A stretch of 34,395 nt of DNA from an uncultured Collinsella sp. (GCA_902465465.1 CABQNF010000001.1:1-34395); one strand, 5' to 3'; numbered from the stretch's first letter, positions 12,112 to 20,736 are shown. Made by a program: numbers and translations. The notes: a model not told the origin generated them from the sequence alone.

Positions 12112-12675
12112 TTAAGGCTCTTTTTTGCTTTGCACGCCCTTGGCCCACTCGGCACTGGCTCTCATGGCGTTCTCGAGGGCCTCGCGCAGTTTTTGGTCTT
12201 CGATGGGCGCCACCTGGCGCTCAATCTCGGTGCGCTCGGCCTCACTTAGGTCGGCGTGCGGGGCCGACGGGCACTCGGTCGTCGCCGGGCGCAGGCGCTC
12301 CTTAGCGGCGGGCGGCGTGTGACCGGGTGCGGTGGTTTTGAACACCAGGCCGTCCACATGAGCACCGGCGCGCTCCATGCGCGCGCGGATGATCTCACGC
12401 AACAGCGTCATTTCCTGCGTCCACGAGGGCGAATCGAGATATACCAGCAGCTCATTGGACTCGGGCAGGTAGCGCAGACCCGTCACATGCCGCCCCTCGC
12501 GCGTGCCCGAGCACACCGCGTTCCACGCGCGATAGACCGCGCGCGACTCCTCGGCAGCCTCCATCTGTGCACGGCGCTCAGGTGTCGCGGCCGCCAGGAT
12601 GCGCTGGCGCTCTGCGTTCAAAAACCCACTGAAGGCGACCGTTTCGCTCTCGCGCTCGTAATTAGCACGTCTCAC
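12112..12675 (-). CDS. dciA: DciA (DUF721) family helicase-operator protein
   Basis: Canonical position between recF and gyrB; W..V.G....H.......L.V..DSPSW.QEM..L...I pattern. Confidence 0.75.
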   Translation of the reverse strand: MRRANYERESETVAFSGFLNAERQRILAAATPERRAQMEAAEESRAVYRAWNAVCSGTREGRHVTGLRYLPESNELLVYLDSPSWTQEMTLLREIIRARMERAGAHVDGLVFKTTAPGHTPPAAKERLRPATTECPSAPHADLSEAERTEIERQVAPIEDQKLREALENAMRASAEWAKGVQSKKEP

Positions 12676-13768
12676 CCATGCTCACCACCCTGGCTCGATC
12701 AAGCAGATCATCGGTAAAGTACCCCAGGTTGGTCGTGGTTATGACCGTCTGGATATCATCGCCGATCAGCCGCAGGAAAGCACCGCGGCGTTCGCCGTCG
12801 AGTTCGCTCATCACGTCGTCCAAAAGCAGCAATGGGGCGGTGCCCAGGACATCGCGAGCCACGGCCACCTCCGCCACCTTCCAGGCCAGAACCAACGTTC
12901 GCTGCTGACCTTGGCTGGCAAATGAACGGGCGGAGCGACCCGCCACGGTAAACTCAATCTCATCGCGATGCGGTCCCACCAACGTCACGCCGCGGCGAAT
13001 TTCCTCGTCGGCGTGCTCATCAAGGGCAGCCAGCATGCGCTCGTACGCCCAGCCCTTCAGCTCTTCGCGATCATCGACCTGGGGCAAATCCCCCAGCGTG
13101 GACGTATAGGTCACGTTGGCAGCCTCACCGGATGCCACTTGCCCGTAGGCAGTGTGCACATGGCCCGCCAGCCGGTCGAGCAGAGCCAACCGGTGCACAA
13201 GCAGAGCCGAGCCCGCGCGGGCAATCGAATCGTTCCACGCGCCGAGCATCTCGCGGCAGCACCAGGTCTCCTTGAGCAAGGCGTTACGCTGGGTCACGCA
13301 GCGCCCATAGGTGCTCGCAAGATCGGCATAGCGTGCGCTCAGTTGCATGCCAAAGTCATCGAGGGCGGCGCGGCGCACACTGGCGCCTCGCTTAACCATG
13401 TCCAGATGGTCGGGGCAAAACAGCACGCTCGGCAGAACCCCGCGCACACCGGCGGCAGAACATCTCTTGCCGTTGCGGCTAAACGAGCGCTTACCGTCCT
13501 CCGCGCTCAACCCCATATCAAGCACGCGGCCGTCGCCCTCGAGCCTCAGCTCGATCTTGCACGAGCCCACGCCGTCATGGACGAGCTCGGCTGCGGTCGG
13601 ATGCCTAAACGAGGCGCCGCTCGTCAGCAGCTGCAGCGCCTCTATGAGATTGGTCTTTCCCGCCGCGTTGGGTCCCGCAAGTATCGTCACGCCCTCGTCC
13701 AGGGTAAGACGATAGCTATCGAAGCTGCGGTAGTGCGCGACGGAAAGATCGCGGGCGAACATGGTCAT
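12662..13768 (-). CDS. recF: DNA replication/repair protein RecF
   Basis: YRSF, GPNAAGKTNLIEA, GPHRDE, SQGQQR, LLLDDVMSELD. Confidence 0.97.
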   Translation of the reverse strand: MTMFARDLSVAHYRSFDSYRLTLDEGVTILAGPNAAGKTNLIEALQLLTSGASFRHPTAAELVHDGVGSCKIELRLEGDGRVLDMGLSAEDGKRSFSRNGKRCSAAGVRGVLPSVLFCPDHLDMVKRGASVRRAALDDFGMQLSARYADLASTYGRCVTQRNALLKETWCCREMLGAWNDSIARAGSALLVHRLALLDRLAGHVHTAYGQVASGEAANVTYTSTLGDLPQVDDREELKGWAYERMLAALDEHADEEIRRGVTLVGPHRDEIEFTVAGRSARSFASQGQQRTLVLAWKVAEVAVARDVLGTAPLLLLDDVMSELDGERRGAFLRLIGDDIQTVITTTNLGYFTDDLLDRARVVSMGETC

Positions 13769-13777
13769 GGCGCAACG

Positions 13778-14881
13778 CTAGATACGGACCGGCATGACCA
13801 GGTACAGGTAGTTGATCTTGTCGTAGGACTTGAAGATGCCCGCCTGCGAGTAGCTCTTGAGCTCCAGCGTGATCTCCTTCTCCTTGGACAGGGCATTGAG
13901 ACAGCCGAAGATGTAGTGGTAGTTGAAGGCGATGGTACCCGACTCGCCCTCGGCCTCGACATCGATCGTCTCCTGCGCAAGGTCCTGGTCATTGGAAATG
14001 GAGGACAGGCCCATCTGCCCGTTCTCGACATCGATCTCGAACTTGACGGCGGGGTTGGCGCTCGCGATAACGGCCACGCGCTTGAGGGCGGCGTTAAAGG
14101 CGGCGACGTCGATCTTGACGCTCGTCACGCACGAATCGGGGATGAGCTGCTTGTAGTTGGGGTACACGCCCTCGATGCGGCGCGACACGTAGGTGGTATT
14201 GCCGGCCTCAAAGACGACCTGGGTGTCGGTAGCCCCGATCATGATGGTCGCCTGGCTGGCCATGATGTTCAGCGCGTCGTTAAAGGCGTCAGCCGGAACG
14301 TTGAGCTCAAAGGAGCCTTCGAGGGTCGATGTCTCGACCTGCGTATCGCACACGGCCAAACGGAAGGAATCGGTCGCCACCAGGCGCACGGTGTTGTTCT
14401 CGACCTTCATGTGCACGCCAGCCAGGATGGGGCGGGCCTTGTCGGTCGAGGTGACGCGCCACACGCGGCCGACCATTTCGGACAAGATATCGGTCGGCAG
14501 TTCCACGGCGCTCTCGATGGCATAGGCCGGAAACTCGGGGAAGTCATTGGCATCGAGCGTGTTCAGGCGGAAAGAGCTCTTCTCGCAACTGATCAGCACC
14601 TGGCGCTCGGACAGCTCAAAGGTGACCGGGGCATCGGGGAGGGTCTTGGTGATATTGGAGAGCATCTTACAAGGGATAACCATCTCGCCCTCTTCTTCGA
14701 CATGCGCCGCGATGCGATGACGGATCGAGATGGTGTAGTTAGAGGTCTGGAATTCCAAGATGCCGTCTTGCGCCTTGACGAGCACGCCCGACAGGATGGG
14801 AAGGGTGGATGCCGAAGCGACGCCCTTCATAACGACGCCGATGGCTTGTGTAAGCGAGCTCTGGCTGACGGTGAACTTCAT
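13778..14881 (-). CDS. dnaN: DNA polymerase III beta sliding clamp
   Basis: TLPILSGVL, DFPEFP, RPILAG, VATDSFRLA, IEGVYPNY, C-terminal LVMPVR; directly downstream of dnaA. Confidence 0.98.
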   Translation of the reverse strand: MKFTVSQSSLTQAIGVVMKGVASASTLPILSGVLVKAQDGILEFQTSNYTISIRHRIAAHVEEEGEMVIPCKMLSNITKTLPDAPVTFELSERQVLISCEKSSFRLNTLDANDFPEFPAYAIESAVELPTDILSEMVGRVWRVTSTDKARPILAGVHMKVENNTVRLVATDSFRLAVCDTQVETSTLEGSFELNVPADAFNDALNIMASQATIMIGATDTQVVFEAGNTTYVSRRIEGVYPNYKQLIPDSCVTSVKIDVAAFNAALKRVAVIASANPAVKFEIDVENGQMGLSSISNDQDLAQETIDVEAEGESGTIAFNYHYIFGCLNALSKEKEITLELKSYSQAGIFKSYDKINYLYLVMPVRI

Positions 14882-15119
14882 CTTTTAATACCTTTCTATA
14901 GATATAAATATCTTAATAATAGTAATAGTACTGACGAAACTGTTGATTACTCACAAAGACGCAGGTCAGACCCAGAAAGAGAATCGACAGCAACCTGTGT
15001 GCAACGGGGGTGGTTTTCCACGTTCAAAACCTGCGCAAAACTTTTCATCACCGCGGGTTGGGTTTTAAACACCTTATGCCCGTGGTTTCGACAAGTTTTC
15101 AACAGGTGTCTCCATTTCC
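14882..15119. other. oriC: oriC unwinding region (dnaA-dnaN intergenic): AT-rich DUE, DnaA-trios, degenerate DnaA boxes
   Basis: AT-rich 14882-14931; trio run TAA TAA TAG TAA TAG TAC (14914-14931) next to box-like TGACGAAAC (14932-14940) and TGTTGATTA (14941-14949); further boxes TTTTCCACG 15014, TTTTAAACA 15063, GTTTCGACA 15085, TTTTCAACA 15096. Confidence 0.85.
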
Positions 15120-16844
15120 CTACGAGCGCAGTGTAATTTTATCGCGCAACGATTTGAGATCTTCGGTGACGGTGCGGTCTTCCTGGATCATCTTCTGGAC
15201 CTTTTTGTAGCTCGTGCTGACGGTCGAGTGGTTGCGGTTGCCAAATTCGGCGCCCACCGCCGTGGTCGTCATCTCGCACATCTCGATGGCCAGGTAGATA
15301 GCGATATGGCGTGCTTTGGCGATATTGGCGTTGCGACGCGGGCCGATGAGCTCCTCGTGCGTCACGCCGTACTGCTCTTCGATGACGGACTGAACCGTCT
15401 GAACGTTGATTTTTTTGGCCGATGTGTCGAAGTACTGGCTGGCGATGGCGTCGATATCGTCAAAGGTGAGCTCCCCGCCCTCGCGCTCGCGGTCGCCCGC
15501 CTCGCCAGCGCAGCGCTCGCAAAAGCTCTCGAGTTCGCGGATGTTGGTGCCCGACACCTCTGCCATGTGCTTAAAGTGCTCATCGGTCAGGTGCCCGCCG
15601 TCGCCCCCATATGCCGCCAGCAGCGAGTCGTCGCCTGCCTCGGGAGCGGCGACGATGGTGCTCTCGTAATAGCGCTGCAAGATCTTGTATTTCATCTCGT
15701 AGCTGGGCTCTGCGACCAGGCAGAGCATGCCGGCGTTGAAGCGGCTGGTCAGACGCTCGTCCATGCTCAGGTCCTTGGGGGCGCGGTCTGCCGCGATGAC
15801 GACCTTCTTGTTGTTGCGGATGAACTCGTCCATGAGCTGGAAAAAGTAGTCCACGCTCGCGCGCTTGCCGATGATGTTTTGGATGTCATCGATGATGAGC
15901 ACGTCCACGCCGTGGTACGCCTGCATGATGGGGGCGTTGCTCTTCTTTTGACGGTCGAACTCGGTCATCAGGTCGTCCAGATATGCCTGGGAGTTGGCAT
16001 ACTTGACCTTGATCTCGGGCGACTTCTCGGCGAGCTCGTTTTTGATGGCAAGCAGCAGGTGCGTCTTGCCAAGGCCCGATTTGCCGTAGATGAAAAGTGA
16101 TGTGCATGTGCCGCGCTCGTCCGCGAGGGCGGCAAACTTGAGTGCCGAGCGATAGGCATGGCTGTTCTCGGGGCCGTAGACAAAGTTCTCAAAGGTGAAT
16201 TTTGAGTTCGCGGCGAGCGGGGCTCCATCCGTATTCTGCTCGGCCGGCACGGTCGGTGCTGGCATGGGTGAAGCGGGGGTCGCAGCTTGCGTGGATTTAG
16301 TCGGCGCTCCGCCCTTCATCTGGTTCATCATGCGGCGAAAATCGTCGGCTGAGAGCGTGTTCTTGATTGCAATGCCCGAATCCGCGCCCGCCGCTGCGTC
16401 GTGAGCGATGGGCATGTGCGTGACGGGTGCGTTCGTTGACGTCGCCGCCGCGGTCGGCAACGGTGCCATGGTTTCACGGGAAACATCGCTGTGCTGGTGT
16501 TCGACCGTCGACGCGTCGCCTGCGGAGGCCGGCACCGCCGGGGAAGCAGCGGGAGCCGTGGCGGGCGCCGTGGCGGCAGCGGATTCCGTCGCGGCGCCTT
16601 GTGGTGCCACGATGTCGAGCGCAATCGGTGCAAAGGCGATTTCTTCCAGATAGGCCTCAATAGTCGGCTGATGCTTTTTGAGCTGCGCGATGGCAAAGCG
16701 CGAGGGGGCCTCGATCGTGAGCGTATCTTCGGTCAGGCTTATGGCGCGCGATTGCCCCAGCATGTTGATGAGGCGTGCATCTTGGCCGTCGCGCTGGCAA
16801 AAGGCGATGGCATCCCCCAGGATGATGCTTGCTTCCTCGTCCAC
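15120..16844 (-). CDS. dnaA: Chromosomal replication initiator DnaA with long domain II
   Basis: FTFENFV.G..N, Walker A GKSGLGKT, Walker B LIIDDIQ, ERLTSRF, NIRELE, domain IV FGNRNHSTV. Confidence 0.97.
   Translation of the reverse strand: MDEEASIILGDAIAFCQRDGQDARLINMLGQSRAISLTEDTLTIEAPSRFAIAQLKKHQPTIEAYLEEIAFAPIALDIVAPQGAATESAAATAPATAPAASPAVPASAGDASTVEHQHSDVSRETMAPLPTAAATSTNAPVTHMPIAHDAAAGADSGIAIKNTLSADDFRRMMNQMKGGAPTKSTQAATPASPMPAPTVPAEQNTDGAPLAANSKFTFENFVYGPENSHAYRSALKFAALADERGTCTSLFIYGKSGLGKTHLLLAIKNELAEKSPEIKVKYANSQAYLDDLMTEFDRQKKSNAPIMQAYHGVDVLIIDDIQNIIGKRASVDYFFQLMDEFIRNNKKVVIAADRAPKDLSMDERLTSRFNAGMLCLVAEPSYEMKYKILQRYYESTIVAAPEAGDDSLLAAYGGDGGHLTDEHFKHMAEVSGTNIRELESFCERCAGEAGDREREGGELTFDDIDAIASQYFDTSAKKINVQTVQSVIEEQYGVTHEELIGPRRNANIAKARHIAIYLAIEMCEMTTTAVGAEFGNRNHSTVSTSYKKVQKMIQEDRTVTEDLKSLRDKITLRS
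16470..16485. promoter_or_regulatory. parS: Degenerate parS site inside dnaA
   Basis: GGTTTCACGGGAAACA, 2 mismatches to TGTTTCACGTGAAACA. Confidence 0.6.
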
Positions 16845-16859
16845 TGTCTCTCCCGTTCT

Positions 16860-18212
16860 TTAGCTCTGAGCTCGCACGCGAGCGGCGCCGAGTTCGGTCA
16901 GATGGTATTTCTGGCCATGCTTGATGACCAAGCCGGCCTGCGCCAAGTCATTGAGCGTGCGTGACCAAGTGGGGGCCGAGTTTCCAAACGCCCTCGCCAG
17001 ATCGGTTGCACCGCACGCTTGATTTTGCGCCAGATAGCCCAGCGCGGCGTTGCCGCGATCGCTTACGAACACGTCCGGTTGTGGCTGCACATACTGATTT
17101 GCTGCATTAGGATACATCATTTGAGCTGCTGGTTGTTGAGAACTCTGCACCGGCGGCATTTGCTGTTGAAAACTTTGAGGCCACTGTTGGTAAGGCTGCG
17201 GAGGCATCTGCTGGGCCCAGGGGTTGTACTGCTGCTGCGGCATCTGCTGGTACGGCTGCTGATATCCCTGCTGGTACTGCTGCGGGAACTGCTGGCCATA
17301 CCCCAGTGGCGGCATCTGCTGATATGGATTTCCCTGTTGGTACGGCTGATAGCCCATTTGCTGGCCACCCAGTGCCCCCGTCGCCTGCTGCATTGCTGCT
17401 GCATCCTGATCCGCCAGCGGCATGGCCTCTGGCATGTTTGGCGGCATCGACATCGATGTCGCCTGGAGCTCTTGTGTAGGAAGCATTCCGGGCTGCTGTA
17501 TCTGCCCCACGGGGGGCTGCATCTGCTGCGTTGCCATGGGCTGCTGCGCAAAAGCTCCCGGCAGGGGATATGTGGGCTGCTCCGTCTCGGGCCGCACGGC
17601 AGCACCGCGTCCGCCGGCGCGCTCGATTTCCTGCACGCGTTTAGGGTCCAGGCTTACCGTAACCACGGTGCCGTTGCCCATGTTGTCCTCGATGGATACG
17701 GCACCGCCGGCGTTTTCCAAATACTCCTGCACCATGGGAAACCCTGCTCCGGTTCCACGGATATAGCGCTTCATCTTGCTGTTTGCGCTGGTAACGCCAA
17801 AGTCGAAAGCGCGTTCCTTGTCGTCGATGCCGGGTCCTTGATCAGCAAAGCGGATGGTGTCTCCGCCGTCCAGAATCGAGATGATGGGCTCGGCAAAGTG
17901 CGCGTGGATAAAGTTTTCGATAATCTCGCGGATGACCATGAGCGAGATATGGCCACCTTGTTCTTTCATGCACTGGTAGACGGTGTTGGTCGTCTCTTCC
18001 AAATACGTGCGGACATCTTGCGGATCAATGACGATCACACGCGGTGTCGACAGCATGTCGTCATAGACGGCGATGCGCGCGGCGTACATGGCTTTTGGCG
18101 CCTGCGTGGTCGTCTGCTCGCCTTCCGCACGCTCTTCGCGCACGCCGGTGATGTGCTCGTTGTCGGGTGCCGGGTCTCCGGAATCGACCATGGTGTAAAA
18201 GTCGTCAGACAT
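16860..18212 (-). CDS. Uncharacterised GHKL (HATPase_c) ATPase with Gln/Pro-rich linker and C-terminal winged HTH
   Basis: N-box REIIENFIHA, G1 FADQGPGI, F-box AFDFGVTS, G2 GTGAGF, GTVVTVSL; C-terminal GATDLARAFGNSAPTWSRTLNDLAQAGLV..YHLTELG; ends 15 nt before dnaA. Confidence 0.85.
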   Translation of the reverse strand: MSDDFYTMVDSGDPAPDNEHITGVREERAEGEQTTTQAPKAMYAARIAVYDDMLSTPRVIVIDPQDVRTYLEETTNTVYQCMKEQGGHISLMVIREIIENFIHAHFAEPIISILDGGDTIRFADQGPGIDDKERAFDFGVTSANSKMKRYIRGTGAGFPMVQEYLENAGGAVSIEDNMGNGTVVTVSLDPKRVQEIERAGGRGAAVRPETEQPTYPLPGAFAQQPMATQQMQPPVGQIQQPGMLPTQELQATSMSMPPNMPEAMPLADQDAAAMQQATGALGGQQMGYQPYQQGNPYQQMPPLGYGQQFPQQYQQGYQQPYQQMPQQQYNPWAQQMPPQPYQQWPQSFQQQMPPVQSSQQPAAQMMYPNAANQYVQPQPDVFVSDRGNAALGYLAQNQACGATDLARAFGNSAPTWSRTLNDLAQAGLVIKHGQKYHLTELGAARVRAQS

Positions 18213-18245
18213 GCCGCTCGCAATCTTTCAAAAGGTTTCGGACAA

Positions 18246-18274
18246 ATAGTAGCTCACCGTGCAATGTTTCTCAT
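18246..18274 (-). promoter_or_regulatory. Possible promoter of the ATPase-dnaA operon
   Basis: Minus strand ATGAGA-N17-TACTAT, adjoining the DnaA-box cluster. Confidence 0.35.
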
Positions 18275-18380
18275 CTTTCGACAACTTTTCAAAACCTGTT
18301 GAAAACTTTGGAAAACGGACGAAAAGTTCTCAACATTGCCAACATGACCTGTCGAAAACTCGATGAAATATCGTGAAAAG
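18275..18380. promoter_or_regulatory. Upstream DnaA-box cluster (second origin module or autoregulatory boxes)
   Basis: CTTTCGACA 18275, TTTTCAAAA 18286, TGTTGAAAA 18297, TTTGGAAAA 18307, GGACGAAAA 18317, TTCTCAACA 18327, TTGCCAACA 18336, TGTCGAAAA 18350; spacing mostly 9-11 bp. Confidence 0.75.
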
Positions 18381-18455
18381 TTGCCATGTACCGCTAAATC
18401 GAGCTTGGCTTATGGGGGAACCGTGTGAACTGCGCAACCTTTTACCTTTGATTTC

Positions 18456-18485
18456 TTGACATTTGAACATTGATTTCCCTACAAT
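18456..18485 (+). promoter_or_regulatory. Sigma-A promoter of rpmH
   Basis: TTGACA (18456-18461)-N18-TACAAT (18480-18485). Confidence 0.75.
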
Positions 18486-18557
18486 CTTCAAGCTCACGTG
18501 TCTATATCTGCGTCCGCGCTCCCGCGGACACTCGAAATGCAGCAGGAGGAACTTAAG

Positions 18558-18692
18558 ATGAAGCGTACGTATCAGCCTAATAAGCGTAAGCGTGCCAAGA
18601 CCCATGGCTTCCGTGCCCGTATGGCCACCAAGGGTGGTCGTGCCGTGCTCGCCCGTCGCCGCGCCAAGGGCCGCAAGCGTCTCACTGTCTAG
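18558..18692 (+). CDS. rpmH: 50S ribosomal protein L34
   Basis: [53 protein letters not shown]. Confidence 0.99.
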   Translation: MKRTYQPNKRKRAKTHGFRARMATKGGRAVLARRRAKGRKRLTV

Positions 18693-18712
18693 CAGCGATA
18701 CACACATCTCGC

Positions 18713-19051
18713 ATGAAGACTATTAAGTCTCGGCAAGATTTCGAGCATGTGTTCAGTCAGGGGCGTCGTTTCAATCACCCTCTGATTCGAATGACCATAT
18801 GTGAATCGGTTGGCGAAGGCGACTCCGGAAGGGTCGCCTTCGTTGGTGCTAAACGGCTCGGTTGTGCAGTTGTGCGCAACCGTTCTAAGCGTGTGATGCG
18901 CGAGGCCGCCCGCAGCTGCGGATTTCCCGTTGCGGGTTATGACATCATCTTGTTCGCAACTCCCAAGACGAGGGTTTCCTCGCCGCAGGAGATGGACAAG
19001 GCATTGCGTTCGCTTGTGAAACGCGCCGGCGTTGCCGGGGAGGAGCGATGA
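18713..19051 (+). CDS. rnpA: Ribonuclease P protein component
   Basis: RNR motif AVVRNRSKRVMRE; synteny with rpmH. Confidence 0.93.
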   Translation: MKTIKSRQDFEHVFSQGRRFNHPLIRMTICESVGEGDSGRVAFVGAKRLGCAVVRNRSKRVMREAARSCGFPVAGYDIILFATPKTRVSSPQEMDKALRSLVKRAGVAGEER

Positions 19052-19272
19052 GCAATCACGTTTTGCGACGTGTTGCCATCGCTCCTATTCGCATATATCA
19101 ACAGGTTATTTCGCCCTTATTGCCTGACGCCTGCATTTATTACCCAACGTGCTCGCAATACGCCGTCCAGGCGATTGAGAAGTACGGTGTTTTGAGAGGC
19201 TGCTGGCTTGCCGTGAGGCGCATCGCTCGCTGCAATCCCCTGCACGTCGGCGGTTATGACCCTGTGCCCTAG
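19048..19272 (+). CDS. yidD: Membrane protein insertion efficiency factor YidD
   Basis: YQQVISP..C.YYPTCSQYA...RIARCNP...GGYDPVP. Confidence 0.96.
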   Translation: MSNHVLRRVAIAPIRIYQQVISPLLPDACIYYPTCSQYAVQAIEKYGVLRGCWLAVRRIARCNPLHVGGYDPVP

Positions 19273-19301
19273 CGGGCACTCGCTATCGGAGGAAAACTTA
19301 C

Positions 19302-20072
19302 ATGTGGGATTGGATCGTTAACATCCTTTTCGAGCTGCTCAAGCTCATCCAGACCTTTGCGGTCGACTGGGGCCTGTCCATCATCATCCTGGTGGTCATC
19401 ATCCGTCTGCTGCTGACGCCGCTTATGCTCAAGTCGACCAAGTCGACGGCTCGCATGCAGGTGCTGCAGCCCAAGATGCTCGAGATCCAGGAGCGCTATG
19501 CCGACGATCCTCAGCGTCAGGCCGAGGAGATGCAGAAGTTCTACAGCGAGAACAAGTTCAACCCCATGGCTGGTTGTCTGCCGCTGTTGATCCAGATGCC
19601 TGTCCTGTTTGCCCTGTTTACGCTGCTGCGTAACCTGCCGCAGTACTTTAACGACGGCACGTTCTCGTTCTTCAACATCCTGCCCGACCTGACCACCACG
19701 CCGAGCGCTTCCTTTGCCGATGGCTTTATGGTTGCGCTGCCTGCGCTGGTCTGCCTGATTCTGTTCGCCGTCCTGACCCTGATTCCGCAGCTCTATATGT
19801 CGCGCAACCAGACCGGCCAGCAGGCTCAGAGCATGCGTATGATGGCTGTTGTCATGACGGTCATGATGCTTTGGATGGGCTGGAGCCTTCCCGTTGGTGT
19901 TCTGCTGTACTACGACGTCTCGTCTGCTTGGCAGGTTATCCAGCAGATTTTTGTGACGCAGAAGGTTATCGAGAAGGCCAAGGCCGATGAGGAGGAGCGT
20001 CTTAAGAACGCGCCGCTGCAGGTTGAGGTCACTCGTCGCGAGAAGAAGCCGCGCCCGCACAAGAAGAAGTAG
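19302..20072 (+). CDS. yidC: Membrane protein insertase YidC/Oxa1 (short Gram-positive type)
   Basis: WGLSIIILVVIIRLLLTPL, LQPKM..IQERY, NPMAGCLPLLIQMP, PVGVLLY, QQ. Confidence 0.95.
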   Translation: MWDWIVNILFELLKLIQTFAVDWGLSIIILVVIIRLLLTPLMLKSTKSTARMQVLQPKMLEIQERYADDPQRQAEEMQKFYSENKFNPMAGCLPLLIQMPVLFALFTLLRNLPQYFNDGTFSFFNILPDLTTTPSASFADGFMVALPALVCLILFAVLTLIPQLYMSRNQTGQQAQSMRMMAVVMTVMMLWMGWSLPVGVLLYYDVSSAWQVIQQIFVTQKVIEKAKADEEERLKNAPLQVEVTRREKKPRPHKKK

Positions 20073-20116
20073 TGGGATATCAATCTTATTTAGGTACCTA
20101 ACTTTTGGAGTACGTT

Positions 20117-20686
20117 ATGTCTGAAGAGATCATCGAGGATATGCTTGAGGAGGTTGCCCCGCAGGTCGCGGGCGATTATCCCGAGATTGCACAGCGCTAC
20201 AAGGCTGGTGAAGAGCTGACCGATGAGGAGCTCGACACCATTGCCGATGTTGCGATTTCCATCCTGCGTTCCATCCTTTCGCACTTCGATGCCGCCAACT
20301 CTCCTATTGATGAGTATGAGGGCGACGAGGGTGAGCTGATTCTGGATGTAACGGCTCCCGACCTTGCTGTTCTCATTGGCCGTCATGGTCGCACTCTTGA
20401 TGCTCTTCAGGTAATGTTCTCTTTGCTGGTGAGTCGCAAGCTTGGCTTTAGGTATCCGGTTGTAGTGGACGTCGAGGGATACAAGAGCCGCCGCCAGGAC
20501 AAGGTCGCCTCCATGGCTCAGTCTGCTGCCGAGCGTGCCATCCGCACTCATAAGAGTGTTTCGCTTCCGCCCATGAATGCCTACGAGCGCCGACTGGTTC
20601 ACATTGCACTTCGTGGCAATGATGCCGTCGATACTCATTCTGAGGGTTCTGACCCTGATCGCCATGTGGTGATTGTTGCTCGATAA
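20117..20686 (+). CDS. khpB: KhpB/Jag/EloR-family RNA-binding protein (KH + R3H)
   Basis: LIGRHGRTLDALQ (KH), LPPMNAYERRLVH (R3H), SEG..PDRHVVI; GGAG RBS before ATG 20117; no obvious N-terminal Jag domain. Confidence 0.9.
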   Translation: MSEEIIEDMLEEVAPQVAGDYPEIAQRYKAGEELTDEELDTIADVAISILRSILSHFDAANSPIDEYEGDEGELILDVTAPDLAVLIGRHGRTLDALQVMFSLLVSRKLGFRYPVVVDVEGYKSRRQDKVASMAQSAAERAIRTHKSVSLPPMNAYERRLVHIALRGNDAVDTHSEGSDPDRHVVIVAR

Positions 20687-20704
20687 TCTACTCGAGCTTA
20701 TGCT

Positions 20705-20736
20705 AAGGGGACGTGGTTTCCACGTCCCCTTTTTTT
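20705..20736 (+). terminator. Intrinsic terminator of the rpmH-khpB operon
   Basis: AAGGGGACGTGG (20705-20716)/CCACGTCCCCTT (20720-20731) followed by a T-tract. Confidence 0.9.

Noticed and set aside
12968..15136. 722-aa plus-strand ORF spanning recF, dnaN and oriC
   Set aside because: Antisense to essential genes and runs through the origin; composition typical of shadow frames
16860..18212. Classical two-component sensor kinase
   Set aside because: No TM, sensor or DHp His-box, and no adjacent response regulator
17019..18302. 427-aa plus-strand Leu-rich ORF
   Set aside because: CTG runs are the reverse complement of the CAG (Gln) repeats in the real minus-strand gene
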